From Thermoanaerobaculia bacterium (lineage in GTDB: Bacteria; Acidobacteriota; Thermoanaerobaculia; Multivoradales; Multivoraceae), in NCBI GenBank assembly GCA_963664405.1, contig OY761158.1, positions 690,925-754,924 on the forward strand: DNA of 64,000 bases, given 5' to 3'. Under the pieces are notes generated by a model that was not told the DNA's origin, made no database searches, and was given only the letters and a program-made list of their open reading frames with translations. The first letter of the stretch is position 1. The number at the start of each line of letters is the position of its first letter. Of the stretch, positions 19,439 to 27,857 are shown in pieces. The translations under genes were made by a program, and so were the position numbers.

Positions 19439-20598
19439 TTCGTCACTCCAAGCCGGGGAAGCACCTCGGTCCAAAGGCGCTCGATGGACTTCATCAGCAC
19501 CGCATGGGGGGCGAGGGAGTTGTAGATCCACAGAAACAGCCGGGTTAGGGGCAGACGCTCACGGAGCTCCTCCAGCTGAGCGGTCACTGTGTCGATACTG
19601 CCGACAAGAGCAAGACCGTGGGCAAAGAGGTCGGCCTGCTCTCCACTTTCGGGGTCGATCAAACCGCGAGAGAAGCCGAAGGGGGCGAACCACGCAGCTC
19701 CGCAGAACGCACCGCTCGAGCGCCACAACTGGCGCGCTTCTTCGTCGGTGTCGGCGATGACGAGGTCCCGCAACACACCGATACCCTCTCCCAGGGGTCG
19801 CCCAGAGGCGTCGGCGTAGATCTCGAACAGCTCGCGCTCCAAGCGCGGATAGAGCGGAGGCAGAATCGCGGTCACACCCTCGGCCGCGCACCATCGCACG
19901 CTTCGCACCGAAGAGGCGAAGGGCTGAAAGATCGGTGGATGCGGTTTCTGCACCGGCTTGGGCACCACACTCACCTGCCGAAGCCGGCCGTCTTCGACTC
20001 CGCCTCCCCATTGCCGGGTGGCCTCGAGCTCCCACGGCGTTTCGCCGGCGGGGACCTTCCAATAGCGCCCCTCGTAATCCAGCCAGTCTTCGGTCCACGC
20101 CTTCTTTATGATCGTGAAGCACTCTTCAAATGCGGCTCGATTGGCCGCGTCGATGGCGTCGTGCTGGTGTGGCAAGGCGCCGTGGATGCCGTGAGTCTGT
20201 TGCGCCATCACATCGACCCAGCGGCGCTGGTAGCCACGAGCGAAACCGGCGTTGGCCCGCCCCTGCGTCATGTGATCGAGCATCGCGATGTCCTCTGCGA
20301 CGCGAATCGGGTTCTGCGCCGGAAGCACGATTCCGAGCTGCCCGACCCGAATCCTCTTCGTCTGCATGCCGACAAAGAGGTCGAGAAGCACAGGGTTGTT
20401 CGACAGCTCGAAACCCTCGACGTGAAAGTGATGCTCGGTGAAGCTGATCGAGTCATACCCCAGGTCGTCGGCAAGACGAGCTTGCTCGGATACCTCATCG
20501 AGCATACGGCGATAGAGCTCAGGTCGAAGGCCGGCCTGCCCGGCCTCGATCTCGCTTCGACTACCCACCGAGGGAAGATAAAAGAGGGATACCTTCAC
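19435..20598 (-). CDS. LLM-class flavin-dependent oxidoreductase (luciferase-like monooxygenase)
   Basis: 387 aa; ..LGYDSISFTEHHFHVEGFELSNNPVLL.. and the TIM-barrel LLM pattern. First gene of an apparent operon with the sulfatase-like lipoprotein and the alpha/beta hydrolase. Confidence 0.7.
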   Translation of the reverse strand: MKVSLFYLPSVGSRSEIEAGQAGLRPELYRRMLDEVSEQARLADDLGYDSISFTEHHFHVEGFELSNNPVLLDLFVGMQTKRIRVGQLGIVLPAQNPIRVAEDIAMLDHMTQGRANAGFARGYQRRWVDVMAQQTHGIHGALPHQHDAIDAANRAAFEECFTIIKKAWTEDWLDYEGRYWKVPAGETPWELEATRQWGGGVEDGRLRQVSVVPKPVQKPHPPIFQPFASSVRSVRWCAAEGVTAILPPLYPRLERELFEIYADASGRPLGEGIGVLRDLVIADTDEEARQLWRSSGAFCGAAWFAPFGFSRGLIDPESGEQADLFAHGLALVGSIDTVTAQLEELRERLPLTRLFLWIYNSLAPHAVLMKSIERLWTEVLPRLGVTK

Positions 20599-20708
20599 CC
20601 CCTACTCGTTCCTGCATCTCGGCGCCGCATCTTTGCCCTCCTACCGGCAGTGGCCGGAAGATCGTCATTTTACTTGTCGCCGGGACGCTTGCTACTGTCA
20701 CAGTCGAA

Positions 20709-21032
20709 ATGTCCAACGTAAGAGCCTCCATCGAAGCCACTCTCGCCGCGGGCCTGAGGCCTTCCCACCTCGAAGTCATTGACGAAAGCCACATGCACAA
20801 CGTGCCGCCGGGCTCTGAATCCCACTTTCGGGTCAGAGTGGTGACCGAGGCCTTCGACGGCAAGCGTCTGGTCCAACGCCACCGTGAGGTGAGCTCGCTG
20901 ATCGCCGAGCTCTATCAGACTCAGATTCACGCTTTAGCGCTCGAGACCCATACGCCGGAGGAGTGGGCGGCGAAGGGCGGCGTGGTCATGGAGTCGCCTC
21001 CTTGTCTGGGAGGCGAAGGGGAGAAGAAGTAA
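20709..21032 (+). CDS. bolA: BolA family protein
   Basis: LEVIDESHMHNVPPGSESHFRVRVVTEAFDGKRLVQRHREV matches the BolA signature; 107 aa. Its TAA stop is the first unit of a heptamer array. Confidence 0.75.
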   Translation: MSNVRASIEATLAAGLRPSHLEVIDESHMHNVPPGSESHFRVRVVTEAFDGKRLVQRHREVSSLIAELYQTQIHALALETHTPEEWAAKGGVVMESPPCLGGEGEKK

Positions 21033-21048
21033 GCAGTAAGCAGTCAAG
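21028..21048. repeat. Heptamer array (AGTAAGC)x2–3 at the 3' end of bolA; inverted partner of 21148..21186
   Basis: agtaagcagtaagcagtcaag; reverse complement of the TTACTGC array 100 bp downstream. Confidence 0.8.
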
Positions 21049-21147
21049 ACAGGGAGGGGAAAGAGATGGTCTCGATCAGCGACCTGGAGCTACCCTGGCT
21101 CTGCGAAGCGTGCATAGAGAGGCAACTCCATTCCCACCTCTCCTGAT

Positions 21148-21186
21148 TTACTGCTTACTGCTTACTGCTTACTGCTTACTGCTTCA
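21148..21186. repeat. Heptamer array (TTACTGC)x5 plus one degenerate unit, overlapping the 3' end and stop of gene 21162..22256
   Basis: ttactgcttactgcttactgcttactgcttactgcttcac. On the coding (minus) strand it reads (GCAGTAA)n, placing TAA in all three frames. Confidence 0.85.
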
Positions 21187-22256
21187 CTCAGCCTGAGCCC
21201 ACCAAAGATCCGCTCACGCGCTGACTTTTCCGACTCGAGATCGTGGCGCAAGAAGTAGACATCAGCCATCTTGAGGAGCACTCGGCTCTCGCGACCAGGT
21301 TGTGAGGCCAACAGCAGGTACAACTCTTCAGCCAGGTCGAGATCACGGGCGAGAAAGGCTTCGTCGGCGGCGCGCTCTAGGCGATCCAAGTTCTCGGCAC
21401 TGTGATCGTCAAGGCTGGCTGGTGGGTTCCGGAGCAGAAGGCGCGCCTCGACCAAGACCCCCTCGCGCTCTTCGTTCGTCAACGGTTCCCAAGCGGCGGC
21501 GTAGTACTCCACAAAAAAGCGTCGCCGACCCGGGGCTACGAAGGGCTCGAGGAGGACCTCGGGATCGGTGGCGATAACCAGATCATCAACGAAGAACTGC
21601 ACCTCCTCCTGGTCTTCGAGATCACCGATGAACGAGTAATACGCCACCGACGAGCGGTCGGCATCGGCGGTATTTCGCTGCCGCCGCAGGTCGATGACAG
21701 GCGCCTCTTCACCCTCCTCGTAGAGCGCGAGATCGTAGCTCCCGGCAGTGACGTCGTACACCAAATCGACGAAGTACCAACTAAAGGGTCGCGGCGCGAC
21801 CAAAGGCTGCCACTCGCCACCGGGGCGATGCTGCAGAGTCCCTCCGTTCGTCGTCAGCCAGAAAGCATGCCCGTCTTTGCCGAAGTGCAGAAACCATCGC
21901 GGCCCCGCCAGCGCAAAGTTGAAAGTCTCATTCGGATCCGCGAAGAGGATGTAGAACTGCACATAGACGAGACCTTCCCGACGTTCCTGAAAGAAGCCGA
22001 GGAACTCCGAGAAAGAGCCGTCGCCCTGCCCCTCACGAAGACGCAGCGATTGCGTGCCGCTGCGATGAAAGGCATAGCTGAGATCAACGCCGCCACCCGG
22101 CTGCTCGAACAGACGAAAAGTGTCGGGACCACTCGGCTCAGTGGTCTCGAAATCGTAGTACACGAGGAGAGGGCTGTTCGATTGCGCCGCGGCCGCCGCG
22201 GCCGCTAGGAGAGTGGCCACTGCGAGGAGGAGGTGTGAAGCCGGCGTTCTCTTCAT
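21162..22256 (-). CDS. Hypothetical secreted protein (signal peptide, no recognisable domain)
   Basis: 364 aa; N-terminus MKRTPASHLLLAVATLLAAAAAAAQS. The ORF is bounded by heptamer-repeat arrays at both ends. Confidence 0.55.
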   Translation of the reverse strand: MKRTPASHLLLAVATLLAAAAAAAQSNSPLLVYYDFETTEPSGPDTFRLFEQPGGGVDLSYAFHRSGTQSLRLREGQGDGSFSEFLGFFQERREGLVYVQFYILFADPNETFNFALAGPRWFLHFGKDGHAFWLTTNGGTLQHRPGGEWQPLVAPRPFSWYFVDLVYDVTAGSYDLALYEEGEEAPVIDLRRQRNTADADRSSVAYYSFIGDLEDQEEVQFFVDDLVIATDPEVLLEPFVAPGRRRFFVEYYAAAWEPLTNEEREGVLVEARLLLRNPPASLDDHSAENLDRLERAADEAFLARDLDLAEELYLLLASQPGRESRVLLKMADVYFLRHDLESEKSARERIFGGLRLSEAVSSKQ

Positions 22257-22283
22257 GTTCAGCGAAGAAAGTGATCACTAAGA

Positions 22284-22300
22284 AGTAAACAGTAAACAGT
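22284..22300. repeat. Heptamer array (AGTAAAC)x2, upstream of gene 21162..22256; inverted partner of 22426..22453
   Basis: agtaaacagtaaacagt; near-reverse-complement of the TTACTGC array 125 bp away (one mismatch per unit). Confidence 0.7.
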
Positions 22301-22425
22301 CCGGAGGTTGGCAGTGGGTGGCTGGGCCGCGAGGTGAGTGGTCCGCGCTGCGCCAACGCAGAGAAGGCCGTGAGTCCAAGAAGGTCGATTCCCGAAGCTG
22401 ACGATCTCCTCCTACGATTCCTCTC

Positions 22426-22453
22426 TTACTGCTTACTGCTTACTGCTTACTTC
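22426..22453. repeat. Heptamer array (TTACTGC)x3 plus TTACTTC, immediately after the stop of gene 22455..23204
   Basis: ttactgcttactgcttactgcttacttc; same unit as 21148..21186. Confidence 0.85.
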
Positions 22454-22454
22454 T

Positions 22455-23204
22455 TCAATCCGGCCCCTCATAAGCAATAACCACAGCAGCCTCCTTCCCC
22501 GACTCGGCAACGGTAAGGTTGAGAGTGTGCTCCTCAGTGCGGCCGCTGATCGTCGTGAACGAACCTCCGCCTCCCTCATGAGTGTTACGGCTCGCCTCGA
22601 GATTCAGATCCTCCATCAGCTCTTCGTAGAAGGTCAGAACCTCGGCACCGTCGCCCTCGACCTTGAAGGTGAAAGTGCCGCTCCTGCGCTCATTCGTGAC
22701 ACTGGAGAAGCCCGCATGGTCGGTGACCGGTCCCGGAAACGGGGGAAGCCAGGAAGGCAGCTCGACCGCGTCACCGGTGGCACCGAAGGTCGTCTTCTTG
22801 CCATCGCGCGACGTCATCTGGACCAGAGCCTCGCTACCGTCTAAGGCGTTGGAAGCGTCGATAGAAAGGACCTCTCCGTCTTCCCCTTCGAACGAAAAGC
22901 GGCCCTCCTGTATGTCTTCGTAGTTGAAAGTGGTGACTTTCCCAGTGGACTTCTCACGCACGGTGATCGTGCCGGCTTCGCGATCGCTGTCGATCGTCTC
23001 GAGCTCAGGATTGAGCCTGACGAAAGTCTCAGCAGCGACCGCAGCCGGGTTGTCACGAACCTCTTCGATGACGTCCTTGGCCTTTCGAGCGAGGAACAAG
23101 CCGCCAACGGCCACGACTCCCATAACGAGTACAAGCAAGACTCCGCAGCCAATTCCCACCCAGGCCAGCGGATGTAGTTTCTTCTTCGTCGATGTGTCTT
23201 CCAT
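22455..23204 (-). CDS. Hypothetical membrane-anchored protein (single N-terminal TM, acidic repetitive beta-rich ectodomain)
   Basis: 249 aa; TM segment LAWVGIGCGVLLVLVMGVVAVGGLFLA; internal repeats (..GKVTTFNYEDIQEGRFSFEGEDGEV.. / ..GTFTFKVEGDGAEVLTF..). Confidence 0.55.
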   Translation of the reverse strand: MEDTSTKKKLHPLAWVGIGCGVLLVLVMGVVAVGGLFLARKAKDVIEEVRDNPAAVAAETFVRLNPELETIDSDREAGTITVREKSTGKVTTFNYEDIQEGRFSFEGEDGEVLSIDASNALDGSEALVQMTSRDGKKTTFGATGDAVELPSWLPPFPGPVTDHAGFSSVTNERRSGTFTFKVEGDGAEVLTFYEELMEDLNLEASRNTHEGGGGSFTTISGRTEEHTLNLTVAESGKEAAVVIAYEGPD

Positions 23205-23233
23205 TTCGCAGCCCCCTTTGTTGTTCAGGCATC

Positions 23234-23803
23234 TTAGCGTTGCTTAGTTCCCACGACCTCCCGTGCCTTCTTCGCCATCCGCAACAAACTCCCCTCTCCA
23301 GACACCTTCTCCAGTTCCCGCAATGCGAACCAGCGCAAGTCCTTGGACTCAGCGCTGATCCTTAGTGGCTCGCCAGAGTCGGCAGTGAAGAGATAACGAA
23401 GGTCGTGGTGAAGGTGGGCCGGCTCACCCCGGTAGGGCGGGATGAGATGAACATCGACATCGAATGGAAGTAAGTCCACCCCGCTTGGAAACGGCTCGAG
23501 AGATGACAACCCTGACTCCTCCTCGGCCTCTCGACGCGCCACCCGTGCCGGATCGGGATCACCATCGGCATGGCCACCGAGCTGGAGCCAAGTCTCAAGT
23601 TTGCGATGATGGGTGAGTAAGACCTGGCGATAGTCCCGTGATGTGATCCAGGCCGAGGCGGTGATGTGTCCCTCGGTGCAGCTGCGCTCGAAGCACTTCG
23701 AGTGCGTCCGGACGAACTGCCGGATGTGATCTGCCCGAACACGATCCTCGGGGAACCTCTCGAGGTAGACCTCAAGAATGGCTAGAAGCGGCTCCCGATG
23801 CAC
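23234..23803 (-). CDS. NUDIX hydrolase
   Basis: Nudix box GGHADGDPDPARVARREAEEESGL (GX5EX7REUXEEXGU pattern); 189 aa. Confidence 0.75.
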   Translation of the reverse strand: MHREPLLAILEVYLERFPEDRVRADHIRQFVRTHSKCFERSCTEGHITASAWITSRDYRQVLLTHHRKLETWLQLGGHADGDPDPARVARREAEEESGLSSLEPFPSGVDLLPFDVDVHLIPPYRGEPAHLHHDLRYLFTADSGEPLRISAESKDLRWFALRELEKVSGEGSLLRMAKKAREVVGTKQR

Positions 23804-23815
23804 CAGCTCGGTCCC

Positions 23816-24670
23816 TCAGCAGTCGTAGTACTCGTCGCCGGCGGCGCGCCAGTCGATTGTCGCTAGGACCAGCACTGGAGTGAGGATGAGCAAGACTCCC
23901 GTCACCGCCAGCACTGCCGAGAGCAGGCGACGCTTGCCTCTCTCCCGCCCCGCTGCCAAGGCCACCGCACTACCTAGAGGACTGATGGCCAGCGCCAGCG
24001 CCCGGAGAGCTGTCAGCTCAGCGTAATAGGCGCCATTGAGAAGAAAAGCAGCGAGCAGGACTACCAGTACCGGCAAAGCCACAAGCCGAGGCGTCGCGTC
24101 CGCGGAGCCCGAGAAAGCGAGCAACACCAGAAGGGCGCTTACCAGAGCAAAGCTCAACTGCGCGAAAAGGGCCGTGCCGGAAAGACCCAGAACGACACCG
24201 GTCCCGGCAACCGCCGTGATCCAACCCAGCAACGACGAGCTCGAGTCCAGACGCGAGGCCACGCGGGCGCAGCCTTCCCACAACAGCAGAAGAAGTGCCC
24301 CGAGGCTGCCGAGCCAGAGCACAGCCTCCACAGGCTCCCACTGGTAGCGGACAACCGGGCGCAGCGTCAGCCAGAGAAGCAACGCGACCGAGATCGCCCG
24401 TGTCGCCATCCGCTGTGCCAAACCGGCTCCGGCCCGTAGGCCGAGGCTGCCGAGCACGATAGCGAACAAAACGACGAATACGAGCGCTTGCGTGCTGTCG
24501 ACTGGAGGGAGTCGTGGCGGCCCGTGGATCCCTAGCTGTGCGGCAAGGTAGGCGCAGCCGACGGCAAAGAGGGCAGCGCCACCGCCAACTTCCCTACTCG
24601 GCGACAGCCTGCGCAGGGCAAAGACGATCGCGCCGCACACCCCCGCGGGCACCAAGACCGTCCAGACCAA
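23816..24670 (-). CDS. Hypothetical polytopic membrane protein
   Basis: 284 aa, almost entirely hydrophobic helices (Ala/Leu/Val-rich); no identifiable motif. Confidence 0.45.
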   Translation of the reverse strand: MVWTVLVPAGVCGAIVFALRRLSPSREVGGGAALFAVGCAYLAAQLGIHGPPRLPPVDSTQALVFVVLFAIVLGSLGLRAGAGLAQRMATRAISVALLLWLTLRPVVRYQWEPVEAVLWLGSLGALLLLLWEGCARVASRLDSSSSLLGWITAVAGTGVVLGLSGTALFAQLSFALVSALLVLLAFSGSADATPRLVALPVLVVLLAAFLLNGAYYAELTALRALALAISPLGSAVALAAGRERGKRRLLSAVLAVTGVLLILTPVLVLATIDWRAAGDEYYDC

Positions 24671-24708
24671 GAGCTGTGCGAGCAGCGACCTACTCCGCGG
24701 CCCGCCCG

Positions 24709-25305
24709 CTACTGCTCGATCGCTTGGATCGCCAGGTGGATGTCGATGTCCTCGCTGAGGGGCCCCGACATGAACTTCATCCCGAAATCGCTTCGCTGAA
24801 TGACGAAGGTGGTGTCGAATCCGACCATCGTTTTTCCGCTCCGCCGATCTTTGCCGGTACCCACGTGCTCGACCTCGGCGATGACCTCCTTGGTTACACC
24901 CAGGAGAGTCAGATCACCACGTACTTCGTACACATTGCCGCCCTTCCCCTTTAGGCTCGTGGTGGAGAAAGACATCACCGGAAGCTGCTTCGCATTGAAG
25001 AAGTCCGGACTGCGCAAGTGTGTATCGCGGCGTTCGTTTCCGCTGTCGACACTTTCGGTCCGGACCTCTAACGCCAGTGACCCGGAGCTGATGTCGTCGC
25101 CCGACATCGTCAAAGTGCCGGAGAAGTCGTTGAAACGGCCGTAAACGTAGACGACCCCCATCCTCTTGGCACGAAACATGACAAAGGAGTGGGCCTGATC
25201 CACTTTGTAGGTCTCGGCAACAGAGGCGCTGGCAAGAAGGGCCCAGCCCAAAAGCAGCGAAAGAATCACAACAACCCGGTGCATTCTCGGCGAGCTCTTC
25301 TTCAT
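24709..25305 (-). CDS. YceI family (polyisoprenoid-binding) periplasmic protein
   Basis: Start at MKKSSPRMHRVVVILSLLLGWALLASA (signal peptide), chosen to avoid overlap with the CPBP gene. YKVDQAHSFVMFRAKRMGVVYVYGRFNDFSG..ERRDTHLRSPDFFN is the YceI signature. Confidence 0.7.
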   Translation of the reverse strand: MKKSSPRMHRVVVILSLLLGWALLASASVAETYKVDQAHSFVMFRAKRMGVVYVYGRFNDFSGTLTMSGDDISSGSLALEVRTESVDSGNERRDTHLRSPDFFNAKQLPVMSFSTTSLKGKGGNVYEVRGDLTLLGVTKEVIAEVEHVGTGKDRRSGKTMVGFDTTFVIQRSDFGMKFMSGPLSEDIDIHLAIQAIEQ

Positions 25306-25339
25306 CTCATTGCTCCTCTCATTCAGCGATAGACGCGCA

Positions 25340-26338
25340 TTATTCCACGCGCGGTGAGAATTCATCTCGCGCCGCTCCATCTCCGCCCGGGTCGAGCGCC
25401 GCGGCATCAGCGACAGCCGGTTCAACAGGCCCTAGCGCTGAGCCCAGCCCTCGCCAGTGGCGCATCCTCGCCATGATGAGCAGAAAGACCATCCCTGTTG
25501 CAGCTCCGGTGGCAGCCATCATCACCGGCGGCATGCCTTCCATGCGCACCAGGGCCGGAGTATTCAGCACCGATTCGGGAAAAGAGACAGCCAAGGCGCC
25601 ATAGAGGTTATTGGCCGTATGAGCCCCGATCGCGATCTCGAGGCCGTCGTCAAAGAGGGTGACAGCTCCGAGAACGAGGCCGACCCATACGTAGTAGAGG
25701 ATGAATGCCGGGCCGAATTGCTCGACTTCCGGGTTGGCACCGTGAACGATCCCAAAACCGACTGAGGTCAACAAGAGAGCGGCCCAGCCACGCCGCAAGC
25801 CGATCCCGAGTCCCTGCAGAAGGTAAGCGCGAAAGAAAACCTCCTCAGCAGCGCACTGTAGCGGCACCAACAAAAGGGCGACGACAAGAAGCGGAAAGAA
25901 GCTGCGGGCTTCGAAGCTCCAGCTGTAGTGCTCGGGCGCAGCGAAATAGAAAGACAGCTCGAAGACGGCGGCCAGCCCTCCCCAGAGCAGCGCGGCCACA
26001 GCGGCCCGACGCCAGCGCAGCGGACCCTCCCGCACCAGCGTAGTGATGGGTCGGCCGTGTACAACACGGACGACAGCCGCGACGGCAAGCAGAAGAACCA
26101 CGGACGGGGAAAGAGCCACCGCGAGGGCGAGCGTGGGGTCAATCGAGCTGAGATCGAGAGCGCCGTCAGCCGGACAGCCGGCCAAGAGGAACAAGACGAG
26201 CCCGGCGACTCCCGAAGCGACGACGTAGGCGGAAACGATGAGAAACGTGCCGACGAGATAAGAGCGGAAACTACTCCTGCCGCGCCTCGCCGCCCGAAGA
26301 AACGAAGGTTGCTGTCCGAGCCCACCGAGTTGGGACAT
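25340..26338 (-). CDS. CPBP family intramembrane glutamic endopeptidase (CAAX protease-like)
   Basis: EEVFFRAYLLQGL and FGIVHG..N motifs of the CPBP/Abi family; multi-TM; 332 aa. Confidence 0.7.
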   Translation of the reverse strand: MSQLGGLGQQPSFLRAARRGRSSFRSYLVGTFLIVSAYVVASGVAGLVLFLLAGCPADGALDLSSIDPTLALAVALSPSVVLLLAVAAVVRVVHGRPITTLVREGPLRWRRAAVAALLWGGLAAVFELSFYFAAPEHYSWSFEARSFFPLLVVALLLVPLQCAAEEVFFRAYLLQGLGIGLRRGWAALLLTSVGFGIVHGANPEVEQFGPAFILYYVWVGLVLGAVTLFDDGLEIAIGAHTANNLYGALAVSFPESVLNTPALVRMEGMPPVMMAATGAATGMVFLLIMARMRHWRGLGSALGPVEPAVADAAALDPGGDGAARDEFSPRVE

Positions 26339-26389
26339 AATCAGACCTGTCCCCCCATGCGAGTCGCCGACCGGCGCGGAGCGAGAGCG

Positions 26390-27235
26390 ATGGGATCCCC
26401 CGAAGTCTCTATCGTCATTCCCGTCTTCAACGAGGAAGAAAGTCTACCCCGTCTGGTCGAGGAGATTCAGTCGGTGATGAGCGACGCCCCTTGGGCGTGG
26501 GAGCTTCTGTTTGTCGACGACGGCAGCACCGACGGTAGTCGCCAACGGCTGATCGAGCTCGCCGGCGCCGAAGAGCACATCCGTATCGCCGCGCTGGCAG
26601 CGAACAAGGGGCAGTCCTGCGCCTTGGCGGCCGGATTTCGCCTCTGCCGTGGCGAGTTGGTCATCACTCTCGATGCCGACCTGCAAAACGACCCGGCGGA
26701 CATTCCTTTATTGCTGGCTTCGCTCGAGAACCTCGCAGCCGTGTCCGGCGTACGGCAACGGCGCCAAGACACCTGGATCCGGCGCTGCTCCTCCCGCATC
26801 GCCAACGGCGTGCGCCGAGCCGTCCTCCACGACGACATCACCGATGTCGGCTGCTCTCTCAAGGCCTATCGCATCGAGTACCTTCGGAAAGTCCCTGTCT
26901 TCAACGGCTTTCACCGCTTCCTCCCCGCCTTGGTGCAAATGGCGGGCGGCGAAGTGGGAGAGGTCGAAGTCGGGCACCGTGCGCGAGTATTCGGAGCCAG
27001 CAAATACGGTGTACACAACCGACTGTGGCGAGGCATCGCCGATCTTCTCGCGGTGCATTGGATGGGACGGCGATGGATAGAGATCGAGAACGTTCAAGAG
27101 CTTCCGCTTAGATCGGAAGAGCTCCCACGTAACGAGCCCGGGGACGGATCAGGCGAGCGCGCCCATAACATCGATGACGTGACCGACCCAGCCGACCGTA
27201 CGGCCGAGCGCAAAGAGAGTATGGAGGACAGATAG
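26390..27235 (+). CDS. Family 2 glycosyltransferase, polyprenol-phosphate sugar transferase type (DPM1/ArnC/GtrB-like)
   Basis: Start at MGSPEVSIVIPVFNEEESL; DxD-type motif FVDDGSTDGS..ITLDADLQND; 281 aa. An alternative ATG lies at 26357. Confidence 0.7.
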   Translation: MGSPEVSIVIPVFNEEESLPRLVEEIQSVMSDAPWAWELLFVDDGSTDGSRQRLIELAGAEEHIRIAALAANKGQSCALAAGFRLCRGELVITLDADLQNDPADIPLLLASLENLAAVSGVRQRRQDTWIRRCSSRIANGVRRAVLHDDITDVGCSLKAYRIEYLRKVPVFNGFHRFLPALVQMAGGEVGEVEVGHRARVFGASKYGVHNRLWRGIADLLAVHWMGRRWIEIENVQELPLRSEELPRNEPGDGSGERAHNIDDVTDPADRTAERKESMEDR

Positions 27236-27284
27236 CCGCTCCAGACTTGACTCATACGTGACGAATACGAGCTATTGGAAATAC

Positions 27285-27785
27285 CTAGGCATCGCCGTAG
27301 TGGAGCTCCATCCTTGTTACCCGCCAGCCGGCAAAGACAAGGACTGCGGCAGATAACAGCAGGAGTCCGAAGAGAGAAGTCCAGGCTCCCGGTAGCTCGA
27401 CGAGCACGGCGAAGGGGCCCTCGCCGAGAGGGAAGGGAAGCAAGCCCTTGAGGTAGTGAATGACGCTCAATCGCTTCAGTTGGGGCGGCAAGAGAAAGTG
27501 AATGACCTCCCAGCCCATCACGGCGAAAGCCGGCAGCAGGAGAGTGAGCCAGGCCGTCAGTGCCGATACACCAGCCACACTCGGCACGCCAAAGAGCTGG
27601 TCTCAGACCGCATCGCGGAGCGAGTCCAGACTGAGAACGTTCCCGATCTCGGTTCGGTAGAGGAGATTCAATGCCTCCCCCATCCCAGAGAGAACCAGGA
27701 CCACCCCGAGGAAGAGAATCCGCGCCAGCGGCTTCCATTTGACCCAAGCCGAGAGCAGCAACGCGAGAAAGGAGAGGACCAGCAT
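27285..27785 (-). pseudogene. Hypothetical small membrane protein interrupted by an in-frame TGA (pseudogene, sequencing error or readthrough)
   Basis: ORFs 27603..27785 and 27285..27587 are in the same frame, separated only by TGA (27603..27605) plus 5 codons. Both halves are strongly hydrophobic (MLVLSFLALLLSAWVKW... / ...ALTAWLTLLLPAFAVMGWEVIHFLLP...). Confidence 0.35.
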
Positions 27786-27857
27786 CCACGCGCCCTCACC
27801 GGTCTCCTCTATATACGACGTCGAGGAGCGATTGTGATTAACGCAGGCAAGAAATGG

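Noticed and set aside
27094-27789. 231-aa reverse-strand ORF (Arg/Ser/Gly-rich) spanning the split membrane-protein locus
   Set aside because: Composition typical of out-of-frame ORFs in GC-rich DNA. The alternative frame encodes coherent hydrophobic TM segments.
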